NCBI RefSeq assembly: GCF_018977255.1
Contig: NW_024704743.1
Location: forward strand, 92,568,001-92,632,000
Reading direction: 5' to 3'
DNA: 64,000 nucleotides
Origin: Callorhinchus milii
Lineage: Eukaryota
Both the position numbers and the translations under genes were made by a program. Under the pieces are notes generated by a model. That model was not told the origin of the DNA and made no database searches. It saw nothing but the letters and a program-made list of their open reading frames with translations. Positions within the stretch are counted from its first letter, which is position 1. Every line of letters starts with the position of its first letter. Positions 1-13,001 of the stretch are shown piece by piece.

Positions 1-39
1 GTCCATGCGATTGTCATCTTCCAACTCTACTTCTCAAAT

Positions 40-557
40 GCCCTTTTTGACGGTCTCTCCAGAACACCGTGCACAGGTCCAGCTGATCCAAAATTCCGCC
101 ACCTGCATACTCACCTGTACTAAACTCCATACCCCCATCACATCAGTTCTAGCCAGGCTCCACTGGTTTCCAATCACTGAACGGATCGATTCCAAGATCC
201 TCACACTTGTTTTCAAATCCCTTCAAGCCCTGGCACCTCCCTACCTGTCCGACCTGCTTACCCTCCAACCCACAACCCCCTGGCTCCGGCCTTCTGTATA
301 TCCACCGTGCCCTCTGTTCCATCATTGGTGTCCGTGCTTTCGACCACTATGGCTTGAAACTGGAACACTCTTCCTCTATCCCCTGCCTGGCCTCTTCCTT
401 CCCCATTTTCAGGTTGCGTGCGAAGAACTTCCTAATCGACTGTGCTTATGGTTGCCTCCCCCTCCCCCCAGCTCAGAATCATGCTCCCCCACTGTCAAGC
501 GCTCTGGGATGCTCCCCTGCGTGAGGGGCACTGTATAAATGCAAGTTGTTGTTGTTG
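40..557 (+). mobile_element. L2-clade LINE, 5'-truncated 3' fragment (ORF2 C-terminus + tail)
   Basis: Translation contains QLIQNSA..ILT...HTPITSVLARLHWFPITERIDSKIL, the L2 ORF2 C-terminus. It ends in TATAAATGCAAG(TTG)n. Confidence 0.9.
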
Positions 558-558
558 T

Positions 559-760
559 CCCATCTGCTTGTTCAGGTGGATGTTAAAGATCCTATTGCCC
601 TATTCAAAAAGAGAAGGAAGTTTCTTCTGGTGTCCTGGGCAACAAATCCCTAAAATGAAATTGGTTTCTCATTTCACTTCAATGTTTATGGGACATTACT
701 GTGCACAAACTGGCTGCTACAGTTACTTACAAATACACAATCACTACATCTCAAATGATT
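559..760 (+). mobile_element. Deu-domain SINE fragment (SacSINE1/AmnSINE1-like)
   Basis: Contains the Deu-domain core TCTGCTTGTTCAGGTGGATGTTAAAGATCC...GGGACATTACTGTGCACAAACTGGCTGC. Confidence 0.75.
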
Positions 761-1920
761 GCTGTTGTTGTTTGCAATAATACAGATCTGGAGTAAGCTA
801 TAGAGCCAATGAATACAAATTATTAACATCTTATCCCGTATAGTACAATAATTATAGATTTTATATTTTCTACAATGTGGTTTGAACCATCGGGAGTCTT
901 CAACCTAATTAATACAATTTACATAAACTAAACATATCACTAAAAGACTTAAGTATGTAATCTTTGCTAGGATAGTCATACCCTCCAAATTTCCTAAAGG
1001 CTGGTGTTAGCTTAGCTCTTAATGAGCACACTTATTACATCATCTCTTTGCTTCCAGACTTTGCTCTACTACAAAGGGAACTATACAGGCGACTCAAAGC
1101 TTCCCACTTGCATTTTGAATTATCTCAAAGCTGAACAGCCCTAAACAAATCCAATCAAATGAAAGACGCTTAATGCTATGTTTGATGCAACAATTATGTT
1201 GGAAGAATCAATTGCCAACTCAACATGTTAACGGCAAAACTGAGCTCCTCATTTTACATTTCATTTATAACAAATGCAGGTTGTACTTCAGTATTTTAGT
1301 ACTGAATGAAATGAAACAACAACTTGCGTTTATATAGTGTCCTTAATATGGGTAGCATCTCGGAATGCTTAACCGCAGCATGTTATATAGTGGGGTGCTT
1401 GAAATAGTTCCTCCTAATCATTGTTTGACAATGGGATCTGATAATGAGGTTTCATTTGTGTTTTGCCTTTAGGGGATTCCTTTGAAAGAAATTCAGTTGG
1501 TACAAAAAAGAATATCACACCAATGCACATGAATTCTGCTCTTCAATTTGAATGTGTTAGAGCAGAGATGCTTGGTTACTGGAAGGAGTTGCCACTTTGC
1601 TAAAAGTTTCCTAAAGAACTGGCTTCAAATTAAGGCAGAATTTTCTACAATTTGGTACAATCCTAAATTTTAAGCTCAAATGGCATTTACAAGTTAACAC
1701 CAAGTGAACTTCATAGCTTCAAATTTCAGTATAGTAACTCCTGTTGGAAAGAATGTATGTTTGGGGTCAAATGTGAAGAAAGACTTAGCTTTGCTGTAAT
1801 GTTTTCATTGAGACCTATGTACGAAAACAAGATCACTTAGGTAAAGCGTATGATACAGAACCATTCACATCAGGAGGATGTCTCAATGCATCTCACAGGG
1901 TTCACTGTAAATTGTAGTGA

Positions 1921-1956
1921 AAAGCGCTATATCAAATGCAAGGATTATTATTATTA
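1921..1956 (+). mobile_element. 36-bp SINE tail insertion inside an older minus-strand Deu-SINE fragment (~1850-2035)
   Basis: AAAGCGCTATATCAAATGCAAGG(ATT)n is flanked by TAGTGA at 1915-1920 and 1957-1962. Confidence 0.75.
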
Positions 1957-2159
1957 TAGTGACTGTATTTGTAAATGAATGTAACAACAATTTCCACAAA
2001 CAGCCATGAAGGGAATGACCAATTTTATTTTATTAAGAGCTAAAACTGGAGAAGTTACAATCCCAATATCGACATTCTTTAGTTACTAAGCACAAAACTT
2101 GAATGCATCAAGGGATTATATTTTTACTAGAAAATATATGATTATGTGGGGACCCGCTA

Positions 2160-2760
2160 GAGATGTTTAAAATTAAAGAACAGTTCAATAAGATTAGCAT
2201 AAATAAGCTGTTTCCATTGGTTGGGGAGTCCTAAATCAGGGACACAGGTATAAGAAAGCGACTAGCGGATCTAAGAGAGAATTTAGGAGGAACTACTTCA
2301 TACAGAGGGTAGTGAGAACTCGTGGAACTCGTTGCCTGAAGCGGTTGTTGAATCAAATAATAATAATCCTTTTATTTAATATAGCACTTTATTATGTCAT
2401 TGAGACATCTTGATATACTGTAAAGAATATACTGTAACATAAATTGACAGCTTATTTTGTGGGCGAAACGCGGCAGCCAATTGTGCATAACAGTGTCCCA
2501 CAAGCAGTCGCGGATTGAATGACCAAATTATTTTTTTAAAAAAGGGATTATTACCATGGAAAGTGGATCCATCAATCGGCTAACAACCGGTTTCCTATTT
2601 ACTGATAGTATAGATGCATTCCAGACAAAGCTAAACCTTCACATGAGGGGGAAGGCATAGAAGGGTTTGGGAGGAAGTAGGAATGGGTGGAGACTCATGT
2701 GGAGTATAAACAGTGGCTGGTTGGGCCAAGTGGCTTATTTGCATACTGTAGTCTGTATAA
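2160..2760 (+). mobile_element. CR1 LINE 3' fragment, interrupted by a SINE
   Basis: CR1 ORF2 C-terminus-like sequence (LFPLVGES..RGH..., NYFIQRVVR.WNSLP) followed by a CR1-type 3' UTR. Confidence 0.7.
2356..2604 (-). mobile_element. tRNA-Ala-headed SINE, long form, 5'-truncated
   Basis: (AAT)n tail; body matches the full-length copies at 12917 and 40661. Confidence 0.85.
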
Positions 2761-4035
2761 ATCTGTTTAAATAAATCACTAAAGATATCTGAAAGGGCTT
2801 CACAGGATATATTGTAAAATGAAGCAACTGTATTTTGAAGGTGAACAATTTATGCACAGCAAAGAACCTACAACCACAACAACTTGCATTGATATAGCAC
2901 CCCTCACACAGGGTAGCGTCCAGAGCACTTAGATGTCAAACAGCCATGAAATGAATGATCAATTTTATTTGGAGGATTGTTAGCTGGGACAGTTATGCCA
3001 CAGATGTAGAATTATCAGAACTGTTTGTTAACAACTCTATACTGGGACGAATTCTTAACATTATCAATATTTTCCTCCCTATTGACTTCTTTGTGTTTTT
3101 TCCTTATCTGATCCTTTTCTCAGTATCTCCACTTTGCCTCTTTATTAACTTCTCTTATTCACAGTGCTTTATTTGTCTTCCAACTTTACCCAACTGTTCC
3201 TAATAACTATTGCTCTCTTGCTACACTGTCCATCCTGGTGTAACTTGTCATTTCCCTGCAAGTTTGCAAAGATTTGCAATTTACCAATGAGACTGAAGAC
3301 TTGGGTCTCAGGAGAATTGTAAATTGAAGCTGGGGGAGTCAGCTTCATGTATCTTTGCCAGATAGTGGACTGGAATTCATTCTGCCCTTTGTCTGATGGC
3401 AGCCGCACTATGTATATTGGAAAGATCAGCATAAGTTGAAATGTAATACATTTAACAAGTGTGCTGTCTTAAAACATCACAGTGCACCAACTTCAGACAC
3501 ATTGCTTGGCAACTATGAAGTGTTCTAAAAGGAATGTCTGAACAACATATCATCATTTGTGCCTGATGTGAAGAAAACGATAAATATCACTGGCAATCCT
3601 TTAAACTGAGTAACTTAAAACGTTTCCAGTGCGGAGAATAAAAATTTAGATGTGTGGCTTGCAGAAATCTATCTCATTTTGCAGCATTCAGTTTGACTGC
3701 AACATGAAAGGTAGAGATTAACATTGGTTGATATCCGCAGATAATTGCAATCAGAGAAAGCAACAGGTAAAGGTGATCACCAAGGAAAGACCAATTTGCC
3801 TGGAACTAGGTTTTGATTTGGAAGGGGAGGCAGGGGGTTCAATTTATTTATATATATTTACAAATCATGAAATGGGTCGTTCCATATATATCGCAGCCTC
3901 TGGGGGAGAAAATACTGTGCACTACATAGTGAACGTGAAATAAGATTGGTCACTCAATTTGGGGAATAAGAAAAAATAAGTATGTAACTGTTTTTGCAAA
4001 ATTTCTGAGAAGTTTTAATTTGGGATATTGTTTAA

Positions 4036-4205
4036 TTGGGGAAAGGGAGGGGAAGGGGGGATAGGGAGGGGAGGAAATGGAGGGTGGAGGAAAGGGGGAT
4101 GGGGAGAGAAGGAAGAGGGAGAGTATGGAAAGACAGTGTGCGTGAGAGAGAGGTAAGAAAGAGCCTGTGTGAGGGAATGTTTGAGAGAGGGAGAGAGCAT
4201 AGAGA
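4036..4205. repeat. Purine-rich (GA/GGGA) low-complexity tract
   Basis: Strongly G/A-biased sequence, seen directly. Confidence 0.7.
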
Positions 4206-4210
4206 GATTA

Positions 4211-4487
4211 TAATAATAATAATCCTTGTATTTGATGTAACACCTTATCACATTGTTGAGATGTCTCAAAACGCTTCACAGAATATACTGTAAAGTGTAG
4301 TGACTGTATATTTTGTGGGTGAAACGCGGCACCAATTGTGCACAGCAATGTCCCACACACAGTCGTCGATTGAGTGATCAAATTTTTTTTTGAAGGGATG
4401 ATTATCCCCAGAAAGCGATCCGCCAATCAACTAACAACTGGGTTCTTTCTTACTGCTAGGTAAACAGAGGCATGTGGAGTAAGGAAT
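4211..4487 (-). mobile_element. tRNA-Ala-headed SINE, long form, lacking the tRNA head
   Basis: Tail, Deu 3' part and the long-form segment CTTACTGCTAGGTAAACAGAGGCATGTGGAGTAAGGAA. Confidence 0.85.
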
Positions 4488-5024
4488 ATGCTGCCTCTGT
4501 TGTATATAATAGTCCCCTGGAAAGAAACAATGCACAGTCATATGTTTGTCCTTTGTGCTGATCCCCAATTCTGGGAGGTGACATAAGCACATGTGCATGC
4601 ACTGCAAGATAATCTGTAGATTTTATATTGGCACTATTTTTCAGCTCCGCAAATGTCTTCCTCCCTTGCATGGTGGAGATCAGGTAGCCCTGGTTGCAGT
4701 GGCATGATGAGTGATCTCCATCCAACTGTGATCTGAGCAAGGTCAATTTTAAGAGACTCCCCCCACCCCACCACCCATTCCAACAGTGTTTGCAGATTAG
4801 AATTCTTTGATAATTTTTGATGCAAATATGGTTTATTCTATGCTCTGTCCCCAAGTGTCTTCTGCAGTGTAATGAACACACTTGGCTTCTAGCCTTGCCT
4901 CCAGTGTAAAGCACATTGGGTTATATTTGGAAAGTGAGAGAGACTGATTAGCTAAAGGGCAGGACCTCTTATCAACTCTTTACAGTGCTGTCACTCTACA
5001 ATCTCTCACATTTGTGGTGAGAAT

Positions 5025-5441
5025 TTTTTTTGGTCAGCCACATGCCTGAAATATGCAAAAATCCATCACCATGCTTAAGAGTATACAAATCAAACTGAGA
5101 ATTCCATGCATCCCACCTACACATGGAAATTCCAGGGATAGCTTGCAATGGAATGCACACTCCCTCCCAGGAGGGACATATCCTGTTTCCCTAATTCCGG
5201 AAGTTATTAGATTGACAAAAGCCAAGGCTTGGGGACCTCAGATTGTGCGTTGGGTACTGATGGAGTCTAAGTAGCTAAAACAGCATTGATATCACTGTCT
5301 GGCAAGCTTTCTTGATGCTTGTCCAGCTAGGACCACCCTCCATGTTAGGCCTTTTAACCACCCTATGTGTTAGGGCTTTGGCTTGAGGGGTTAACAGGAG
5401 CTGAGTGGGAAGAATCTCTGCCCCAGGTGATCGGTGACTGG
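5025..5441 (+). repeat. Unclassified ancient dispersed repeat, copy 1 of 3
   Basis: Colinear with 56043-56622 (+) and 23045-23660 (-). Shared blocks include ATGCTTAAG, GAATGCACACT, CACTGTCTGGCAAG, TGTCCAGCTAGGACCA and GCTTTGGCTT...GGGTTAAC. Confidence 0.8.
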
Positions 5442-8214
5442 GAGAGACTGCATCAAAGATTCAAGTAATTCATTGGTTGGACTGCTTTAAGTGTTGCTCT
5501 TTTGTGTAAAAAGCTATCCATATTGTTCATATTGGCAAGAATATGATGAATCAGAGAAAGATAACAGTTGAGTAGAGCTTACTGAAATATAATTGAGAAT
5601 CATAATTCTTTTTTTTCATGCTATTTTGGCACCATGGTGCCAGCATGTTGATTATTTATGTTTTCGATTTCTTGACATATTTAGCAATTAAAGCTAAATT
5701 ATGGGTAGCGGATGCTTTAGTGGTTTAGAACAGTGCCCTTTGACATCTTGAACCTGGGTGCAACTCATTTGCAAACAGATGGGATGAAATCTAATCTCTG
5801 CAACATCTGTTGTGAGTCCCAGTTGAAATGAATCTGAACATTCTCAATCTTGCTTCCAATGTTGCCCTCATAATTCACATCTAGCATCTAAAATAAATGC
5901 GACAAAGGGCAGTGCTGACAAATGTTTTATGACGTGTGAACAAGTATATGTTCTACAATTTCAGCAGTCAGATTGTTCATTTAATTCAGGGTCTCCTCCG
6001 CAGACTTCCCGTACTCTTTGGAAATATTATGAGTTTTCAGTTCAATGTTGTCAGTGCTCTGCTGTTGCTGTATGATAAATAAGAAATACACATCATATTG
6101 TAAAACAAATGGAAAGAGAAAGAGATTGCTGAGATCCTCTTATCGTGGTATCAGTGTTGTAGCATTCACCAAATCTAGACCTGTATCAATTTGGAAGATA
6201 GTTCATTTTTAAATCAATGGAAAATCAGCTTCAGAACAAAGACTACATTTAAGAATTTCCCAATTCTGCACAATCCTGAATTTTAAGACAAAAGGGCCTC
6301 ATTGATCAGTGAGCTTGCAGAACAGGGTTCTGACAGACAAAATCATTGTACCAAGGATCGCCTCCTAGTACAAAACTCAACATAATCGCCATGCCCTTAT
6401 GAGCTGATTCTTTAAAACATGTTGCATTGATAACCTCTTGGGTCTGCGGGAGCTTCCTGTAGAAACTTCACATTATTTTATTCACATGAGTCCTACATCC
6501 CTTCCCTCTTTCTCGGGTTAGTAGACCTGAGCCAGTAAGTTGAATTTCGTGTCTGACTGGGGAACAAACTGCAAATATTAGGCACTTCAGTTTCTGCTTG
6601 AACTACGAGTACTCTTCTGTGTACATAGATATATATACCAGTTCACTTCTAGTGCACTGGTATATATTGGCACAAAACTAAGCCCACTTAGGAGTAGTAC
6701 CACATTAGGGAGGGGTTACATTGCCAATGCAAGGGAGTTGACATGAGTTAATAGGCCTTGCTTGTGCCTGTTTAAAGCAAAACGGCAACACTGGATACCT
6801 TTCCTAAAACAAAATGAGAGAAGATAAACAGAGATCATAATTAATAAAGCCCTGTATTTCCTACAATTTGGAATGGTTGATTAGAGTGCCCCAGTAGTTT
6901 CTTCTAATGCATTGAAGTCAATAATTTTAAGAATTCCATAATTAGGAGATTGGAACCTTAAAAATAAGAATTCCAGAATTGCACAAATGGGAATGCCTTC
7001 TGGAAACAGAAAAAAACCTCATGGTATGGAGCAGTATTCCTGTCTGTCAATGGAGATTCTAATTTCAGCTGAGCTGGGCAGGAGGAGGTGAGCAGGGTTG
7101 GGACAGGAGGTGGTGAATGGAGCTGAGTCATGGGGTAAGTGATGTTAAATCAGGAGGTGAGATGTTGTGTCAGGAGATGAGATGCTGAGATGGGAGGTGA
7201 GAGAGATCTGAATATGAGTAGCAGTCAGAAATGAAAAATACTGGTAACATTGCCCTGTTAAAATTATGAGTGAAAATTTGCACTGTGAGTAATAAAGCAT
7301 CTATTGGATTCAATAACATATGAAATAGCTAGTTCAGATCTTTAGCTCCTTGATTCATTGGTACTCTAATATTAAGAGGAATATCAATCTGTGTTATCCA
7401 CACAGTGTGTGGCTTAATTGCTAAATCAAGACTGATCTCCTCTTCAGTTTCTATTTCCAGCCTCATTTTTAAAATGTATTCATCTTCTTTCAACATTTAC
7501 AGGGTCAGCGAAGTGACGGAGCTAGAATTTTAAACTCGCTCTATGACAAATTATTAATAGATTTGCTTTCCACATGACAACTGAGGTAGTTCTGGGCAAT
7601 TTTTTTATGGGTGGTGATAGTGGAAGGTAGTCTCAGGTGATCTCAAGCTGATTAAAATATGCAGAGGGGCAATGGGGTCAAAACTGTAGAATTCCTAAAC
7701 ACATTTCCTTCCGTAATTAATGTGAAGGATAATTAAGCAATGGTGCAAAAATAGAAGGTTCCTTTAATACAGACAATCCCACCTTGAAGCTTGTAGCTCT
7801 CATTGTTCAACAACTCTCATTGTTTCCAACACTTATCCAGAGGTCAAATTGTCCAGTTCTTTTTTGAACTCAGACAAGTGACAAATGGACTGGTACTACA
7901 GCAGAGTGGTGAAAGCTGGGTCTGCTATGAGTTCAGGCTATTAATATCTAAAAAGACTACGTAAGTGATTTACAGAAGTTAATTGAGACTTGTTCAGGTA
8001 ACAAAGGCAAGGCGAGACTTGTGATGTGGGTGGCATGCAAAACATGGGTTATCCTGAATAAGTAGGATATGCAGATGACAACCCCAGTTTGAGTTGTGGG
8101 AAGGCTATGTCACTAGAGCAGGCAAGGAGGCACATGTCAATATAAGGCTTGCGGAATGGCTCGCAAGGTTGAGGTGTGATAAAATGGAGATATATAAGAT
8201 AATGAAATGATTGG

Positions 8215-8385
8215 AAATAAATTATCATGAAATACTCTTTCAGCTGGTAGGAGATTCGAGGACAAGAGGACATGAATTCAAGATTGTGACCGGGGAGCAA
8301 AAGAAATGGTTTGGAATAACGTTTTTCCAAGAAGGTTGTCAGACTATGCAACGATTCGCTTAGGGTGGCTGTTAAAGCATCAAGG
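8215..8385 (+). mobile_element. Old CR1 LINE 3' fragment
   Basis: Degenerate YFQLVGD.RTRGH.FKI...FFQEG..RL.N motif region. Confidence 0.5.
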
Positions 8386-8744
8386 ATACAGATATATCAC
8401 ATCGGGAGGATGTCTCAAAGTGCTACAAAGTATTTATTGTAAAGTGTAGTGATTGTATATTTTGTCAGCAAACACAGCAGCCAACTTCCGCACAGCAGTG
8501 TTCCACAAACAGCCATGAAGTGAACATGCTTACATGTTACCAAATGTTGATGTCGGATAACATTTGTTGATCAACAATTTCAGACATTTTCTGGAGACTT
8601 GTAGCTTTTTACACCTCTTTGTGAATGTTTCTCCCCTGTAACTGCAAATGGTGCACCCTCAGGAGAATGGGGAAAAGGAGTCACAGGAACAGACTTTTCA
8701 TACCATTGAGCTTGTTCCACCAGTTTATTAGATAAACCCAGAGC

Positions 8745-9058
8745 TGTCCTTTGGATGATGTGTTAAACCGAGGTCTTGTCTGCCTGTTCAGGTCAGGGTT
8801 AAAGATTTCATAGCACTATTTGAAAAGAAAAGGGAGTTTCTCCAGGGTATCCTGGCCAACAATCCCCCAAATAAAATTGATCACTCACATGGCTGGTTGT
8901 GTCCCTTCCACAGTTGTGAGACATTGCTGTGCACTACTGGCTGCCGCGTTTTGCTCACAAAATCCACAGAAAATCCACTTTACAGTATATCTTGTGAAGT
9001 TCCATGAGACATCCAGACAATGTGATAAGGCGCCAAATCAAATGCAAGAATTATTATT
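8745..9058 (+). mobile_element. Deu-domain SINE (5'-truncated)
   Basis: GATGATGTGTTAAACCGAGGTCTTGTCTGCCTGTTCAGG Deu core plus an L2-like tail ending in ATTATT. Confidence 0.8.
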
Positions 9059-9399
9059 TTAATCCTATTTCAACCTTTTTATTCATACCACTTAATGTTA
9101 AACATTCTAACTAATTCTGCCTCTGTTGCTTTCTGGTGATGTAAAATGTTCCTAAATTCCTAAAATATTAACAAATCTTTTGTATGAAGAGATGTTTGCT
9201 GATCTTACTTTTAACAGCCCTAGCTCTAATTTTAAGATTACGTCTCCTTTGTTTTGGTTACTTTACCACATTTATCACCATTTTATTTTTAAATTTCCTT
9301 ATTTAAGCATGTCAACCAGATCATGCTTAAACATCGGTTCTAAGCAATATAATTAAGTCTACATAGCTATTCTCCATCATCCCAGGTGTAATCCCCAGT

Positions 9400-9713
9400 G
9401 GAGTCCTGTAGCTCAGTGGTTAGAGCACTTGCTTTGTAAGCGAGAGACCTGAGTTCAATTCCAGGCAGGGTGAAACCTTGGGCAAGTTTCCTTACTCCAC
9501 ACGCCTAATAATGATCCCTCCAAAACAAAACAATAATAAAATTGGTCATTTTTAATCTACGACTGTTTGTGGGACACTGCTGTGCGCAATTGGCTGCCAC
9601 GTTTGCCCACAAATATACGGTCAATTCACTTTACAGTATATTCTGTGAAGCGCTTTGAGATGTCTAGAAGACGTGAAAAGAGCTATATCAAATGCAACGA
9701 TTATTATTATTAT
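9400..9713 (+). mobile_element. tRNA-Ala-headed SINE, short form, full length
   Basis: GGAGTCCTGTAGCTCAGTGGTTAGAGC (A box), GTTCAATTCC (B box), CCTTGGGCAAGT, Deu 3' part and (ATT)n tail. It sits in an old minus-strand CR1 remnant. Confidence 0.92.
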
Positions 9714-11302
9714 GTAGTGAATTGTTGTGTTGTACTCTCCAAGCCTAGTAAATGGTTTCTTATATGGATGGTCAAAACTGAACTGAAAACTCCAAATGCC
9801 AAATGTCTTCAGAAGAAGAGGAAGGGAGAAAAAGAAAATTGCAATGAGATATTATAATATCAAAAGGAATATCACAATGAGATCAAATAAATGAAAATAT
9901 TTATTTATTTAAATAATTTCATCCTAAAATGTAGCATAAGCATGAGAATTTTGCAGTGATCTGAAGTAATAGGTGGCTCCTAATCATTGCATAAACAGTT
10001 TTGATGATGATCTCAGCATTTTCTCCAGTGCAGGAGCCATTTATTGTTGAAAGCTCTCCAAGCACAAGTTACTTAGAGCTTCTGCTAGCTAATGGAATTA
10101 TCTGTCACTTCATAGAAACTCATAGACTACACTCAAAGTGAAAGCAATACGAGCTTACAACAGTTCTTAATGCTGAAGCCATGTCCAATTATGTTAATCC
10201 AGGGGAATATAAGAACAACAACTTGTATTTATATAATACGTTCACAAAGGTGAACATCTCAAAGCAATTTACATGAATTGTGTATGACACCGAACAGTGG
10301 AGCGGCTGAGGGTTGGGAGAAGATGATTGAGGCACAGTCAAAGAGGTTTACAATAGTTTTGAAGACAAGGAGAGCGATGGACAGTGAAAGGATATAGGGA
10401 GGGTGTTCCAGAAAGTGGTGACATGATAGTTGAAAGCTCAGCTACAAAGGGTGGGTTGAAGTTATGCATGTTGAGATTTCAGGAAAGGTGATAGAGGTCA
10501 AGACATTTACAAAATTGTATAAAGGAAAGACAATAGGTATATTTTCAACATTGTATGTTGAAAGGCCTGCTTCATCTGTACGTTCTTGTAATCAGTGTAA
10601 TGTGTATTGTATCTTGTGAAAGGAATTAACGCCAGCACAATCAAACAGATTTTGTACAAATTTAACCACTGTTGAATAATTAATACAGACTAATGGCCCT
10701 GTTTATACTATTTGCATTGTGTTAAGCTGGTGCTTGGAGTAGAGTGGTGCTAGATGGCAGCGTTGAGTTTAGTCCCAGTTCCATATTATGCTCTCTTTTG
10801 GCAAAACCAAGCTGTGCGCAAGCACACTTACCCACGTGCATACTGCTGCTCCAATCAGTATTGAAATGATATTTTAGTTTTGCTATGGTTGAGGAGCTTG
10901 TTGACTGCCCAAAAACATGCATTATGTAAAAGTGACCTTCCTAGCTCTGTTACAGCCAGTATGAAGCCAAAGTCTCAACTGTGAAACCTTTGACTCAAGG
11001 TAGTCTTGCACACTTTTATTGCATTACATCAAACTTTTTTGGAACAAGAGCAACACTATGTGATAATATAATGCCTTTCACATAGGGAAATGTCTCGAAG
11101 CACTGTACAAAAACTGAGTAAGAGCCTGAGATTGGAAAGAAATAGGAATGGTGGGGGAGTTATGAAAAAATTTAAGTTAAAGAGCTAGATATTTACCTGG
11201 GTTTCAAAAGAAAGGGTGAAGCAGAGGAATTTGAGAAGAATGTTTCAGAGGTTGGGGGTGAAGTGGCTGAAAGATCACCCAGGGATGACAGAGCAGAGTG
11301 GG

Positions 11303-11630
11303 CAACAACAACAACAACAACAACAACAAGATTCCATTTATTGAGCGCCTTTCACGTCGGGAGGACATCCCAAGGTGCTGTACAGTTGGGTCAGGACCCG
11401 AGCAAGGGGGAAATGGTCAGGGTGAGGGGAGGGAAGGGAGGGAGCGAGGAGGGGGTAGAGAGTCGAGAGGAGAGCTGAAGGCACGGTCAAAGAGAAAGGT
11501 CTTGAGACCGGCCTTGAAGGAGGAAAGGGAGGAGGCGGCGAAGGCACTGGGGGATAGAGTTCCAGAGCCTAGGGACTGAGAGGCTGAAGGCCCGGCCACC
11601 GATAGTAGGGCAGTTGGGGCGGGGGATGTG
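11303..11630 (-). mobile_element. Young L2 LINE 3' end
   Basis: (CAA)n tail; near-identical to the 3' end of 14721-15462 (FKAGLKTFLFDRAFSSPLDS). Confidence 0.9.
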
Positions 11631-13001
11631 GGGGGCATGAAGCAGATGAGAAATTTTAAAATTTCAAAAAAATTTAAAAAGAGAATTGGATAAAGCATTT
11701 GATCAATTAAATAGTTTGTACAAGTCCAGGTGTTGGTAATCTGCTATTTATGGTGAGCAATTTTTATTTTGTAATTTTTAGGTCCTATTTTAGACTCTGG
11801 GAAAAATTAGTTAATTGGCTATTGTTTAATTGGATGAATATTTTTTCATCATTTGTTTTGGACCACACACAATTACACATCTTGTTGATTTGTCCATTAA
11901 TGTGGCTGTGGGATGTGAGTTTGAATATTCAACGAAATAGGCATTCGAATGGCCCTGGAGCCTTGTTTTTCAGGAGGAAGTGGATGCTTTGATTTATTGC
12001 TTGTCTCCAGGCAGATCGAAAGCCAATAAAAGACTGTTTTCTGAATCCAATTAAAATGTTCACAGACTCATATCCCCACAATTTTTTTAGTGAAACTAGC
12101 ACTGCAATGCATAATACCATATCTGGCTGTGTTTTTACAAATTGGAGGGAAAGTCCAATTTGGAAATATTTTTGTTAAAGTCAAAACCCAAATAGACCCC
12201 AAAAGTCTCTGGTGACAAATTGGTGTAGTTCTTTGGAGATGCTTCACCCAATGCTGGGTTCATCGCCTGAAATCTTTAATATTTCTTAATAAAACAATTC
12301 TTGAGAGTTAAAGTCAAATGATTTTGGAGTTTACAAACCTGTACTCTTCATTTAACCCATTTCATAAGCAATTTCGTTGCTAAAGACTCATGGAGGCAGC
12401 AGTGTGAAATAAGCAGTCAAATGCTCAAATGTTAGAACATGTATTACATTCCCTTGCACATTTAGAACAGGAGCTACATTAAATAAGACCCTCTGGATAG
12501 AATTATTTGAATTTCAAAGGAATACATGTACCTGTGATTCTGCCAGGTATTCGACTTCCGGAGGGACCTGTGAACTCTTAATAACAATAATAATCCTTTC
12601 ATCTGGTATAGTACGGTTCACATTCATGTCGGAAATATTTCTCGAAGAGAATCTCCAATAATGCACCATAATAATATATTTTAGCGCTCCATGACATTAC
12701 CGCATGAAGGGCGCTATATAAATGCAAGTTGTTATTGTTGTATTGGAGGGCCAGCTTGGATTATTTAAGTTCCAACTGCTGACTCAGACAAGAGTGTTAT
12801 CAACTGAACCAAGCTGAAACCATGGCACCTTCTATGCAATGGGAATCCTTTGGACAAAATAACATTCAAAAGTCTGTCATTGTCAGAGAGTGGCTGTTCC
12901 CAGATGCAACATGATATAATAATAATCCTTGCATTTGATATAGCGCCATATCGCGTCATTGAGATGCCTCAAAGGCTTCACAGAATATGCTATAAAGTGA
13001 A

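Noticed and set aside
4456..4914. 152-aa minus-strand ORF
   Set aside because: No recognisable domain, it ends inside a SINE, and there is no splice or paralogue support.
7075..7210. Degenerate ~20-bp tandem repeat (CAGGAGGTGAGATG...)
   Set aside because: Short, decayed low-complexity minisatellite with no sign of function.
10745..10762. CTCF-like site TGGTGCTAGATGGCAGC
   Set aside because: It lacks the conserved CCA at the 5' part of the core, so it cannot be supported without ChIP data.
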